Shown: positions 49,780-63,480, counted from the first letter of the stretch. The stretch is 64,000 bases of DNA from Malacoraja senta (GCA_038087875.1 CM075990.1:10418001-10482000); one strand, 5' to 3'. Made by a program: numbers and translations. The notes: a model not told the origin generated them from the sequence alone.

Positions 49780-50830
49780 TGTGACCGAATTTGACCTCAC
49801 AATAGCCTTTAATCAGGTTGACTGAGGGGGATTATGGAGGATCACTCTCAACCTTCCTTGTAATACTTTACATGACTGCCAACAAGCTTCCCATTGAGGT
49901 TAAGCTAACTTACTGGATTAGTGGTTTTGTTACTTCAAATCCAGAATTAAGACATCTGCAACCTCAGCATCATGTTACAGAACTCAGATGATGTTTGCAT
50001 AACTGCACAATCAAACCATTTTTGATCCCTTCAGCAAAGTGTACGAGGAAATGAGCCTTAAGTTAAATTTATCGAGCATGAAGGATCTTTGCCAAGCATC
50101 CCTACAATCAAGATCTATGACGAGATCCCAGTCCACGAGGATAACTTCCCATATCTCGGCAGCCACCTTCTATCGCGGGCAAATATTGCTCAAATCCATT
50201 ACCACTTCCAGTGCACCATTGTCCTGAGGGTAGCAGAGGACCAAGACTTCAAGCCAGGCACCACATTCAGTTTGTGGAGCAGCAGTGATTCCTGCCCAAC
50301 TGAACACTTTAGAAACATGGATAACATCACTGGCAATTCAAAGCACTGGAGGATCTCTACCAATGTGGCCCATGAAGCATTCTCCAAAGCAACTGACAGG
50401 ACAGGTAAACCAGTGTTCGGGTCCTCACCCAGACTAGCATCTCCAGCATGGAGGGGTTGCTCACACTCAGCCAGCTGATACACAAGCCACATCATCCATC
50501 AGATTCCCAAAACTCGCTGTTCTGTCACTGTTAGGCTACTTCCAGGAGTGATGGGAAACTATTTCAAGGATGTTCTCAAAGCCTCCTTGAAAGAAAATAA
50601 CATGCACTTCTGGAAATCTCTGGTCCAAAACCGCTGAGTCTTGTGGCGAAGTACATGGGAGGGCAGTGAGCACAAACTCTCTGATGGGGAAAACAATGGA
50701 CAAAACTTCAAACAATCCATTCACCAGACCCTTCAAGCTCCATCTGCCCCGTGTGTCAGTCTGTTGATCCTGCGGAGAATTTATGAGTCCCCATAGAAAA
50801 CACCGAAGTGTCTTGGAAGCTGGTTCCCTC
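49780..50830 (+). mobile_element. Decayed RTE-clade LINE RT C-terminal fragment
   Basis: YEEMSLKLN..K, PTIKI...DNFPYLGSHL peptides, typical of RTE RT after the catalytic DD. Confidence 0.65.
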
Positions 50831-51004
50831 AACCGCAAAGAACTGCATCAGATGATATTTAGCATGTAGGCTGGGCCAGGCAAGGGACTAAAATGAATAA
50901 AACTCTACAAACTATTCTGCAAAAAATAACATCTGGGAACTGCCATTGTAGATACTGGAGTTTGCTGGATCTTGGCAAACATTAAATTACTCTCAGATTT
51001 TCCA

Positions 51005-51700
51005 GCGCGGCAACATTAAAAGATAACATTTTAATTCAATAGCATCTCGAGGCAGTCCTGAGATGTATAACAAGCACTTTATAAATTCTTCCCAGTGTTA
51101 TCCAGGTTATTTTGGGTGGTCAATAGTTCCTGGAGTTTCACTTTGGATTAGTTAAGATTCCTCCAACTGAGAGCACATATAAACCGGTGTGGTTTGTAAG
51201 ATAAACAGGAGTGACAACTTTATCTTCTCCAGCTGTGTTAGGCTGAATGGCAGCTTACCCTTGTGAAAGCTGAACCATTCAACATTAGTAGTCACCAGAG
51301 ACAGTGAATCACTTCATAGGCAACTAGCTTTAGGGTCCCTTTCATTAACAAACGAGACACTCACTTCCTTGATCCGACAAAATGTGCAGAGGAAACTCCT
51401 GCTGTAACATAAGGTTATGAGAGCATTGTGTAGACATTCAATGGTGTGATGTTACACACGTAAAAATCTTCTATTTTTCTCGAAGGATCTGTGAAAGCAA
51501 CTATTTTTGAATTATTTCCATCACTGAAAATTGCAACAACAAGCTTCTTGCCATGAGACCTTGTCTTGAGCCCTCTATTTTCACAGCGAGATGCAGAGTA
51601 AGAAGCATCTTTGCATTGCATGCTCTTCTTATAGACATAAGGTGAATCTTGGACAATGTTGTTCCAGGTGTAAATACTGTTCGTCATCCACATCCCCACA
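51005..51700 (-). pseudogene. Fossil Gypsy/GIN(Ginger)-type integrase
   Basis: Ordered frameshifted motifs WNNIVQD..YKKSMQCK, GNNSKIVAFTD, FPLHILSDQGSE..FVNE, TPVYLTNHTGL, HWEEFIKCLL..RTA, YLLMLPR. Confidence 0.55.
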
Positions 51701-51832
51701 TACCACTGAACTGGGAACAACATCAGGTGAACTATCACCTGCATTGCGATCCTTTTGGGGGGCAGTGGGGGGGGGGGGGGGAAATTGAGTGAACTGTCGA
51801 CCATCCCCATCATCCCTGACATCCATCCTGAC

Positions 51833-51929
51833 TATATGGGGAGAAAGCAGGAATGGGGTACTGATTGTGGATGATCAGCTGGCTCGAGGGGCCTACTCCT
51901 GCATCTATTATCTATTGTCTATTGTCTAT
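51833..51929 (+). mobile_element. CR1 extreme 3' end
   Basis: tatggggagaaagcaggaatggggtactga...gcctactcctgca...(ctattgt)n. Confidence 0.8.
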
Positions 51930-52344
51930 CCAACCTTCTGATCTCTAAAGGTTTAGGTCCCCATCTTCTGTTTTCTGATTGCTCCTGGTGTCTGCAATCT
52001 TCTGAGGCCAGGCCCTAAATGCCCACACTCCTGCTACCCTAGCTTCTGTCAAGGGGGACATCTGAGGTAGTAGAAATTTACGATCCCTCAATATATGAAG
52101 ATCCTTGCTGGAGATATAAGAGATATCTGACTCAATTTCTTCCCTCATTTACCGCTTCCTTGACCTGAATCTCGCTGTAAGTCCTCTCCTTCCACCCTCC
52201 CACCCTTCCCAGCAAAAATGACCTCACTGAAGAGCATAGCAATAGTTTCCCCAAAACTCTCCACACAACCATCATAACACAGTCCCCTCAGCCCAAAGAC
52301 CACTAGATTTCAATGCCATCATCACCTCCCTGTATTCCCAACTC

Positions 52345-53821
52345 TTTTTAGTGTAGTGCCGATGGGATGGATAGGTTGCAGGTGCCCTGACAGTGGGAAA
52401 CAACACCTATAGCTGACAATGTTGTGGCTTAGTAACTTTAAATTGTCCTAAAATCCTACTCCCCAATTTATGAAAATGTAAGTATTATGAAAATGTAAAA
52501 TATTCAGGAATTATTATAGATTTCAGCAGCAAATTGGAATAGAAAAAGTAGAAGGCACATGAACAGGATGGATGTCAGTCATGATTTGTGCAGGTGCAGA
52601 TGCAGAGAGAATCTCAAGTTTTTAACCAATCTTAGTTGATGTCTTTGCACGTGAACACGATGGATGTCAGTAAGACTGTCATCTTGAAATAACTTAACAG
52701 GCTTACTTTCCATTGAAGATCTGTGAAACTGGTTTACAGCTGAATTCTACAATTGAATTGAAGGTTTGAAACTCATCGCTATTTCCATTTAACACAACCA
52801 GCTTAATGAACCAGAATTTCTATGTAGACACAAAATACTGGAGTAACTCAGCGGGACAGGCAGCTTCTCTGGAGAGAAGGAATGGGGGACGTTTCGGGTC
52901 GAGACCCTTCTTCAGATCAGATCAGTTTGAAAAAGGGTCTCAACCCGAAACGTCACCTCTCTCCAGAGATGCTGCCTGTCCTGCCGAGATACTCCAGCAT
53001 TTTGTGTCCACCTTCAATTTAAACTGGCATCTGCAGTTCTTTCCTGCACAGAATTTCTATATATTAGGTTTTCTATTGAAATATATATATATACTATTGG
53101 CAAGCAGAGCAATGTCGCAATCATGATTAATTAGATTTGGTGGTCCATACACAGCCAACTTTGAAGCAACAACACAAACTGGTTATCCACTGTTGTACAG
53201 CCCTCAGTGATTGTTCTCTAGGAACAAAGCAGCAAAGAAAGTGACAGAGCCAAGCAATGCTGGATATTTCCATCTTTTTGATAGAGGTCTAATTTTTCAT
53301 CAATGGCCCTTGGGCTCTTTGGACAGATGGAATTATCAAGAGAACTGGAAATAAAGTGGGCATGATAATCCTGCTATCTGCCTAATTTTTGAGTCTTCAG
53401 TTGACAAAGGTGCGAATAGACTGACAGTCAGTGGAATTTACTGCTTGAAAGTACTGCAAAGCCAATCTCAAACACATAATTACACACAGTACACCCTCAA
53501 TACCAATTTTCTCCGGCATGTTTTCTTTCCACCTTTGATGCAGAGGCACCAACTAAGATTGGTTAAAAACTTGAGATTCTCTCTGCATCAGCACAAATCA
53601 ATACTGACATCCATGCTGTTTGTGTGCCTTCTACTTTTATCTATTCCAATTTGCTGCTGAAATCTATAATAATTCCTGAATATTTTACATTTTCATAAAT
53701 TGGTGAGTAGTATTTTAGAACAATTTAACGTTACTAATCCAGAACATTGTCATTTATAGATGTTCATTTCTACTGTCAGGGCACCTGCAACCTATCTATC
53801 CCATAGGCACTGTACTAAAAA
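52345..53821. repeat. Long inverted repeat pair (52345-52649 / 53539-53821), probable old fold-back DNA transposon
   Basis: e.g. aatattcaggaattattatagatttcagcagcaaattggaatag is exactly complemented in the right arm. Confidence 0.9.
52824..53048. mobile_element. Fold-back PLE insertion
   Basis: 12-bp TSD cagaatttctat at 52812-52823 and 53049-53060. Confidence 0.88.
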
Positions 53822-54912
53822 TGGAAATCAAGGTCACCACTGTTCTACTTGTTTATGACTCTAGATTAATCCAATCCAATGTTATTGTATTATCTAACGT
53901 GCTGGCCAGCCCTTCTGTCTCCTTGTCCACAGGAAAGCAGCATGACCTTGATAACGTGCAATGATGATACTAATTTGATGATCCACATTCTCGTGAAGCA
54001 AGGTTCAATGAAAAGTTACGTTCTTTTGTAAACGACCAAGCAATACCTATCAAAGTTCATCATCGATCAATCTATGTGATATTTTGTTTTGATTTGATCT
54101 ATTGGCATACATATGTGAAACAAGTGCACACTTTCAATTGTTACACCTAAGGGGATCTTAATTGATTGCTATTTGTAGTGACATCATAAATGTATTTAAA
54201 AGGAAAGTGTTAATAATACGTGACCTATTATGAACAATGTGCATCCTTAAGGGTCCCGGTCAAACTGGGAAATTTAAAGAACAATTTTTTTCTAACTTTA
54301 AGCAATGTCGGTTTTTTGAATATTTCTTGATCACATGAAATACTGCGTGTTTGTTAGATAAGACAGTCCATTTGCCAGTGCACCTAGTGAGATTTATTAT
54401 TCAATCCACAGGTAGCTCTTCAATTTCTGCACTGAATCATATTTATGGCCTCCATCTAATTTCATGTCATGGAAAGGGGCCGTTAAATCATGGTACACTC
54501 AGGAGTTGCTCAAAAACATAAAATTTAATCTCACATGATGGGAGCATGTTCATAGAAATATCTTATGTAGCTGGTATCTTGTTACTTAATGGCCAGAAAC
54601 TTAACAACTACATATTCTTCACTAGGAATGATTAAAAAGCATACGTGGAATTGAACATGGGTGAAGCTGCAAAATCTCTGATCAATCACCTGGCATTCAG
54701 TCCAGTTTATTACAATGGAACCAAGCATCTAGTTTGTTGAATGATCTGCAACAAATATGATGCATTCCTGTTATAGGTTCCTGCCTATATATATTTGATT
54801 TAATCCCCAAACATGTTTAAAACAAATTTAAAAAATAAATGATGTGCCATGAAAAATATATTTTACCGTTATTTCTAATCCTATGGTTTGAACTTGTTAT
54901 TCAAATATAATG

Positions 54913-55045
54913 AGTAGGAAGGAACTGCAGATGCTGGTTTCAACCAAAGATAGACACAGAATGCTGGAGTAACTCAGCAGGAAAGGCAGCATCTCTGGAG
55001 AGAAGGAATGGGTGACGTTTCGGGTCGAGACCCTTCTTCAGACTA
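54913..55045 (-). mobile_element. PLE terminal fragment
   Basis: Reverse complement of agtctgaagaagggtctcgacccgaaacgtcacccattcc...cagttccttcctac. Confidence 0.85.
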
Positions 55046-56214
55046 GAGTTTGTATGTTGGCAATGTTGGCAAAGTCACTGCCATTTGCCATCGTGCCATC
55101 ATTTGGACAAGGGGTGACATTTCGGGTCCAGATCCTTATGAATTGTTTGTGTTTCACTCTTGCAGTAGTTGGTGCCTTAATTGTGTAATGACTATTAATC
55201 AATCAGAATTGGGTGAATTGATATCAAGATAACACATTCCTAAGTGTTTCCTAATGTTTATAGAAATTCTACATCCTGAATCATGTAAGAATCCTGAAAA
55301 TACTAAATCTTGTGTTAAATTGACCATGATTCTAGTTTGGCATTTAATTAACCTCACTGAGATAGTTATGCACATATCTCAGGTGCCAGTCTGAACTGCG
55401 ATGCCCTCTTGATCCCAGCATTTATGGTCCAGATTCACACAAAAATAGCCACTTAGACAAGAACTGGGGAATTATCTGCATTAAAGTATAAATCATGGCA
55501 TTCAGGAAATGAGGGCAAGATACTGAGAAGATAAAAGGTTTGTGGTGGTATAAAGTTCATTGTAGGCAAGTTTTTTGTCTGTAAAGTACTTGCATGTCCT
55601 TTGTGGTTTTACTGAATCCCTATATCATTCTTGAAAAGCATGCAATCTGACCTGTCACAGAGGTTACCTTTTGATCATCTGTCCATATCAGTCACCTCAT
55701 CTAATTCTCAGCAGACCTTTGCCTATTCATGAAGCACTAAAACCGGCTGATGGAGGCCAGCTGTTCACAGCTGTTGTAGTTGGTGTCCACATGTTGGGTA
55801 GGAAATAAAAGTGGAGGCAGAACAGATTACAGTACATAGATATGCCAAAAAAAGCTCTGCTCTAAAAATGTTTTGGTGTTGCAAATCTTTTCCTCCGCAG
55901 GGCTTGCTGTTTTCTCCATCAAGTCATCACCACATCCCAACAATCATTGCTAACCCACTGTGACCAGAGATCTACTTAGTAAACCAGTCACGTTTTCTGT
56001 TTGTTTTTAATTTTCTTCCCCTTCTTTTATGTCTGCCTTGGTCACATTCCCACGCCAGGACCTACTGCTGATTCCACTCTTCACAAGATATCCAAAGTTT
56101 GGTTTGGACTGGTTTGCTTTGATTGTTCCCTCTTGTAGGAAAATGCACATATCTCTCTCAGAACAAACCTTGAAGACCCCTTTGTCTTTGTCAATTATTA
56201 ATCTGTGTAAATGT

Positions 56215-56735
56215 ATTCCAAGCTTGAAGTGTAAGGAACACAATTTATTTTTTACCCCCCACCCCCCCACCCCCCCCCCCACCCCCCCCCCCCACCCCCC
56301 CACCCCCCCATATTTCATTTGGGCAGCTTCCACCCCAGCGGTATGAATATTGATTTCTCTACCTTCAAGTCATTCTTGTATTCCCTCTCTCTCCGTCCCT
56401 CCCCCACCCTAGTCGTTGTACTAGTTCACTGTCATCCTGTTGAGTATCATTGTCTGTAACTCGTTTTCACATCGCCCACAGCTAACAATGGCCTGTTTCC
56501 TTGATCATTGATACTTTTTTGTATTTCTTTCATTCGTTTGTTCTATATCTCTCTATAGCACCGTCTATATATCGCATTTCCCTTCCCCCTGACTCTCAGT
56601 CTGAAGAAGGGTCTTACCTTCTGTACCTTAATTAGTTAAGTAACTTGAACTTGACTCGAAACTTCACCTATTCCTTTTCTCCAGAGATGCTGTCTGACCC
56701 GCTGGGTTACTCCAGCTTTTTGTGTCTATCTTCTA
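56215..56735 (+). mobile_element. PLE 3' fragment with poly-C expansion
   Basis: atatttcatttgggcagcttccaccccagcggtatgaatattg...ctgaagaagggtct...gagatgctg; homologous to 32090-32450. Confidence 0.8.
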
Positions 56736-56890
56736 TATAATTTTAAGTTTGATTACATTTAAATTGGATGGATTCTCATTATACTTGTTGACTTCAGCTT
56801 TCTCATGACTGCGAATGTTTAGGATTTATCTGCATAAAAGAATCGTTCTTTAAAGGTCAAGAACAGGATAACAAATATGGATTAAGACCT

Positions 56891-57108
56891 TAAGACATTA
56901 GAGACTGCAGATGATGGAATCTGGAACAAAAAAAACAAAGCGGGTCAGTGGGTCAGGCAACATTTGTGGAAGTAATGGGCAGACAACATAGAAACTCAGT
57001 GGGTCAGGCAACATTTGTGGAAGTAATGGGCAGACAACATTTTGGGTCAAAACCCTTCTTCAGTCTGAACCATCATCTGTCTATTTCCTCCACAGAGCAG
57101 CCTGACTA
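56891..57108. mobile_element. Old fold-back PLE with 45-bp internal tandem duplication
   Basis: TSD attaagacct at 56881-56890 and 57109-57118; duplicate units at 56945-56989 and 56996-57040. Confidence 0.7.
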
Positions 57109-59814
57109 ATTAAGACCTGTTAGAAGGGTTGCCACAACTCCATTCAAGTGATTATTTCCACAGAAGCGCTTTTGATTCCATAACAGTAGTTTGTTACCAG
57201 TTCCAACTTGAAATTATTACTCTTGGACCAGATGGAAAATTGAGAATTCCCTGATGTATAGAAGGAAATGAAGACAACCCAATGGTGTAGTGCACATCTG
57301 TGGACAGGGTGATATTTTTTACTAATTGTTGAAATGACAATGCTAAAAAAAAAAGTTTAAAATATTTTCAGCAAGAATTGCCATGACTCACTACCTTTTC
57401 CGAAGAATCATAATCAATGTGGTATAGTTACTTAAATCACAAGCAAGGTTTTGTAAATGCCATTATGATTGAATGATGACAGACTCTCAAGTTATCAGCC
57501 AAATTCTAACATAATATGTTTATATGCTTCCAACGTGCTCCTTACCAAGATTTTTTTCTAATTCACTCCTTCATTCATGAATGTCACAGGCAAGGCCAGC
57601 ACTTATCATTTATCTCATGTTGTCCTTGTGAAAGCAGTGCTGGCTATCCATTTAAAGTACTGGAGTTTGTATGATGAAGATGCTCCTGCAACACAGTTAG
57701 ATAGGCATGATCCTTTTATCAAACATGAATGGAAGATGTACAGTATATTTTCTATTCATAAACTTTATTACTTTAAAAGAGATTTGGCGACAATGGTGAT
57801 TTTTTTTGTCTTTGGAGAGAATAGTGGCCTTGGAAAGTGTTATTGTAGAAGTGTTTGTAAGTATGTAATGCATACTCTGGACAATGCTGTAAAGGAGCTT
57901 CAAGAAGCGCTGAGCATGGCAGTAAAAGTTGCCTGAACATTGAGAATGAATATTATAGAATATCTTGTGTGATTTTCAGTGCACAGGAAGCAATAGTTCA
58001 CATATTCCAAAGACTTTCCATTGCAAATCTCAAACTCTAGAAGATGCTTGAAAATTATGTATACAACTTGCTTGCTAAATTGGCTTCCGACTTGAGAAAT
58101 ACCTCATCTTTGTTTACTGATTTGGCATATCAGATTATAAAGGACCACTTAATATGCTTATAAAATTCTAGTAACACTTTAAATTAAACTGAGATATTTT
58201 CTTACAATCCAGATACTGAGTGTTTAATGTATCAGGGGGCATGCTCATTTTATTTTCTATTGTTTATCTGTCCTATGTTAATCCTGGAAATCTAGATACT
58301 GCAACCTGTGTGACACACATCAGCCTCTTTGCGTGTGGATGTTCCTGCATTAAATGATCAGTGTTCTGACAAATAGAAGCTGCCTACCAAGAGGTCTTAA
58401 ATACGCAATCAGACAGTAATGAATTTCTAGGTCATCACATTTTTCTTTGACACCTGGATTTATCTTCCAGTTTTATAGGTATACAGTACATCATGATATA
58501 AATTCCTGTTTGCATAATAATATTCCCTTAGAGATGGGCATAATTCCTACCCTTGATGTGGCTCATTTCATATGATACTCTAAATATATATATTAAATCT
58601 CTCCCGTAAATTCACCTTGATAGCACAATTCTCAAAGGCAGTTGTTGGAGTGTAACATTTCTACACCAAAGATTCTAACTTAATGATTTATCTACATTTT
58701 AACTGTCTTGGGCATGTCATTTATATAAATCCTTCTCTTCATCTCTATCCCAGGACCTACATTTTAACAAGCAGTTAGACAGTAAACAAGGGAGTTAGCC
58801 TTATGAGCACAAACATGGTCTAGTATAGAACATTTTGAAGACAGGGGAAATTAATTCTATTGAGGGACTTAAAGTGGAACTCCAGAAATTATAACCTACC
58901 TAAAAGCTCTGAAATGAAATCTGAAGCGAAGGTAGGAAAATTGGCAAAATAAGAGCATGATCACGAAACTACTTAAAGGACATTTTGAAGATAATATTTA
59001 TTTTCGGAATAGCTAATTCTGCCAAAAATATTCAATATCTCTTTATTTAGTATGTCTGGAATATAGCCTGTGAGGAAATGTACAAAAGAAATGGCTCTCA
59101 TGCTCAGAAGATGTACTATTCAGGATGAGATACATATTCCAAAGTCAGGTGAAAATAAAAGAAAAATAGACAAAAATTCCTATCTGCATTTTCTTGTGTG
59201 AATTATAAGTATGGCGTAGTTATGCTTACTCCTTTTTGTCATAACTGGAATTTTGGCCCCGAGAAGGGTTAAACAAAAACAGACTTCTATAACTATAATG
59301 TTCTTTGAAAAACAGTATTTATAGATGTGTGGCAAGGGAAGTGCACCATTCTGCCTGCTGCTTTCTGGCCTTCTAATATGATTTATAAGCCCCATGGACG
59401 TTAACTATTCTTTGTAGCTTTCCACATAAAGTTCCAAAGTTCTTCACCATAAAAATGTATCAAAAACTTATTCTCATGTAGAAGTCAGACCAAAAAGCTG
59501 TCTCCATGATTAGTCAGAACATGAATCCAAAGACACATTAAAAATCTGGAATAAAACCCCCAACATTCTGTATCCACAAGTTCATGAAATGTCAGTAATT
59601 TTCATAATGTTGTTACTTTTTGCTGCACTAGCATGGAAATCTGTTTGCTTCCAATGGGAATAATGTTGCTCAAAATACACTCTTTATAATGTAGAATATA
59701 ACATATAATGATGATGAACTGTGTGCAGTGTTCCAATAACAGCCATAAATAAATTCGGGCTTTATTCATTTGGGTACAAGATTAAATGATGTCTTAAAAT
59801 AATAACGTTCACAA

Positions 59815-60120
59815 TTGCGAAAAATTTCAGCATATGTTTGTTTTAACCTCAGGACATCTCAAAGCACCAGGAGCAAATAACAAATTTTAAGCACAGTTTC
59901 GGTTGTAAAGTTGGAAATTCTACAGCTAATTTGTACAGAGCATGGTTGGACAAAAATCAATAAAATAATGACAAGATCATCAATTTTGCTTTAATGATGC
60001 TCAATGAATATTGGATAAGAATGAGGGAGGATTTCCTGCTTCCCCTTACATAGTGCCACAGGAGATTTTAGGGCCATTTTAGAGGGTAGATAACGTGTCT
60101 TATTTGAACATGTTGGAAAT
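59815..60120 (-). mobile_element. Ancient Deu-domain SINE (SacSINE/AmnSINE-like), highly decayed
   Basis: acctcaggacatctcaaagc...cagctaatttg...aatattgg...cctgct...atagtgccacaggagatttt recognised as the DeuSINE reverse complement. Confidence 0.55.
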
Positions 60121-62394
60121 AATGTAAATGCTATTGTATTAATTTTTAGGATAAAAGAAACAACAGTTGTTGACTAACCATCATTTTAAACAACTGTAAC
60201 ACAACCTTGCTATTCTTAAGCTCCAAGTTTATTCTTTACAATAAAGGGCAAAATATAATTTGCTAACTTAATGATAAGTTGGACCTGCTGACTAACTTGT
60301 GATTCCCACACTAGAACATGGAAATCCCTCTGAGCTTCACTCATTTGTGGTCTCTCTACATTTAGATAATAACCTGTCTTTGATACTTCTTACTGAAGTG
60401 CACAATGTCATACTCTCCCACGTTAAACTCAATTAGCCAGTTTATTTTTGCGCAATTGTGGTATTTCACATATTGTGTACATTTAAATAAAGACTGTTCA
60501 TCTTTTGATTTTTTTTTCATGTCCTCTCTGGATTTGCTCCGTGCGAATGACTTGGTTTGCATTTTCTGCCACATCCTGGGGAAGGAGAGAGCTGTTCCCT
60601 TAGGATGGGCTTCACCTGAATCATCTGGGGAACTTGCTGCTAAATTTCCCCCTCACTCTGTTGTGCCACCACTCTCTTATTGTCTCTTGATTTATTAAAC
60701 ATCCCATTCTTGGAGCCGTCCTGCCTTGGATTTACTTTAAATCCCTGTCCAGGACTCTATTTATGCGACTCACCAGGACTCTGACCCCAGCACGGTGCAG
60801 GTGAAGCCCTTCCCAATGTTACAGCTCTCTACTTCCTCTATACATTGAAGTCATCCCCTATTTGAGGTGTACATGCGTGGTGACTTGGTAATGGGATTTT
60901 GACTCACTCAGATCCCATGGTTGACTCAATAAAGGTAACTCTATGGGATGGGTGGATAACCAATACAAGCCTTTATACTTTGACTTAATACATTTGTCTT
61001 TATGCTTGAATATCACCAGAATGCAGAAGGATATCATGTAGCTATTGGCCAGCATGAAATACACAATGAACCACTTTGATCCAGGTTCACAATGAACAGA
61101 AAGCATTTGAAGGCTTTCTACTCATGAAAGAGAGCATCCATGTTGATTTACATGTATATAAAATTTGAAGAGTTCTGTCCTTTAAGAGTGAGAAAAGGAA
61201 TGAGCAGCAATTAATGATGCTCAGATTAGTCAGAAACAAACAGATCAACATGATGGGTAGTGGATTATCTTTTTTTTTAAACTTGAATGTTACCATTCGC
61301 AAATGAAAGCAAATGGAAAATTATGCAACTTAGAAACTACATGGGAACATAAGTCTTTGAAGTTCACCTTTAGAGTGCATTGACCATTAAAAATTACAGA
61401 TAACTTTATGAATTTGGGAACTCAGAGGTCCACATGCATTGCAAGGAAATATGATGTGCTTCCACAGGCCACTGAAATAAATGAATGATTCCAATGTAAA
61501 ACTAAATGAAATTTGAGACATTAAATTGTAGACGCACGAGAGAAACGTGACATGAGTTGATCTGACACAGGGTGGGTCACCTGATTTTGGAACAGTTGAT
61601 CTCCACCATACTGATCATGTTAAGCTCAGTTTTATATAGACTATCCAACAACATACTTGCACTTTATTCTCCTTAAAAGGGTGTATCCAGCAGGAAGTAG
61701 CCAGGAAGATTAACAGGATGCTTTATTGCATGCTCAGGGTTCAACAAACGTTCACAACACGTCACTCTTTATGTGTGAAAGGAGCCGTAGGTTACTTAGT
61801 GACAACTGTGATTATGTCACTGCAGATGTCCTTCAAGTCAAATTATTCCATCAGATTTGCAATAATGCCAAAAATAACTTGTATTATTGACAATGTTTTG
61901 ATCTTTCATGGAACAAAAGTTGGGCAAAGGGCACTGAGGCAACGGTGCTGCTTCCTGCCTCTTTATCAAATACTAAAGTTGTAATTTTCTGCACTGTTGC
62001 CAACAAGTTACAAGTTGTTGGCAACAGTCACATTCACAATCAGTCCAAGAAGGCTCCCAACCCAAAACATCACCTACCCATGATCTCCAGGGATGTTACC
62101 TGACCCACCCAGTTACTCCAGAATTTTGTGTCTTTTTCTGTAAACCAGCTTCTACAGTTCCTGGTCTCTAAAGTTACGTATCTAATTGTTTCTACATTGC
62201 ATACTGTCATACACCTCATTGTTTATCAAAAGAGCCGGAGGCAAAATTTCATGACAATATCTCTTTGTGTTATTTACATGATTGGAAATATGAAAATGTC
62301 CAAATACCTGAATTTATGTTAAAAGCATGAACTAAGTTATAGAGAATAATTTGGAGCAAAGATTTCATGGACAACTTACTGTATGTTCTAGAGT

Positions 62395-62597
62395 AGTCCA
62401 TATCTGGAATGAACTGCCAGAGAAACTATAAAGTGGGTACAATTATGACTTTCAAAAGACATTTGGACAGATTTATAGATATGAAGGGTTTGGAGGGATA
62501 TGGTCAACTGCAGGCAAATGAGACAACCCAGAATGCCAACTTAGTCGGCATGGACAACTTAGGCCAAATGGCTTGTTTCAATGCTATATGACTCTAG
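62395..62597 (+). mobile_element. CR1 3' fragment (old)
   Basis: tggaatgaactgccagag...TFKRHLDRF..KGLEGYG; ctatatgactcta tail. Confidence 0.75.
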
Positions 62598-63010
62598 CTC
62601 CTGTTGCAGCAACAGGGAGTACATTCATTAGAACAGAGAGGAATAGCTGCAAGGAAAAGAGTACGCAGGTGGTAATGTATATTTGTGATAAGTATCTGAG
62701 TTTGCTTTAGTTTTTCTTATTGTTTAAAGCAGTTTAATTGATTTAACTGTTTTAATATATTTGTAATGATTCATTTAATTGTTAGTATTTTTTTAATGAT
62801 TCTGTTTGTCAGGTACTTTCAGAAGCATTAGTTGTCCTGAGCTAGCATATCCTGAGCAGACACCACTGTTTTGTAATTTTTCTCAGATGACAGCATAACA
62901 GTGCATCAGGTTTGTGCACAACATTACAATTTCAGACTGGAATAGCGCTAGTTAGTATAATGACATGGGGTATTTACAAAATGTAAAGCTGTAAGAATCA
63001 AAAGAGCTTG

Positions 63011-63036
63011 TATATATATATATATATATATATATA
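63011..63036. repeat. (TA)n microsatellite
   Basis: tatatatatatatatatatatatata. Confidence 0.95.
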
Positions 63037-63059
63037 ATTGTCACCATTAATTACATATT

Positions 63060-63480
63060 ATTTTTTTATTTCAAAAATAAACTTTATTCATAAATTTAAA
63101 AATATACCAATGAAAAGCGTGCAATGCTCTTTACATTCTTTGTGTCAATCTCTACATACAGCGTTGTTAGTTTAAGCACAGTTGTGTTAGAACATCATTC
63201 TTTTCTTTATCGGTGGCACCATTGCCAGTCATGTGGTCTCCAGAGTTGATAGCTTCTTCCTTTATGTGAGGAGTGTCGACGCCAGTATCAACCCCTCAAT
63301 GTTCAATAAGAGAAGGTAGACTGCAGTCCTCACTACAGACCCTTTGCATTGCTTCACCGACCTTCAGTGCATCCCTCCGTATGCACTTTTGAAGTCAGCA
63401 ACAATCCCTTACCGGCATCAAGTAACACTCCAGTGTACTGAAGGTGCACACAGAGACAACTCTTCGGCTTTCTCCTTCGG
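63060..63480 (-). mobile_element. Possible Tx1/L1-like LINE 3' end (decayed)
   Basis: Minus-strand peptide IRRDALKVG followed by aataaag and an A-rich end. Confidence 0.4.

Noticed and set aside
44445..51526. cagtgatggaaat at 44445 and its exact complement atttccatcactg at 51514-51526 as TIRs of a 7-kb transposon
   Set aside because: No TSD, the interrupted LINE resumes at ~44894, and the second motif lies inside the integrase fossil
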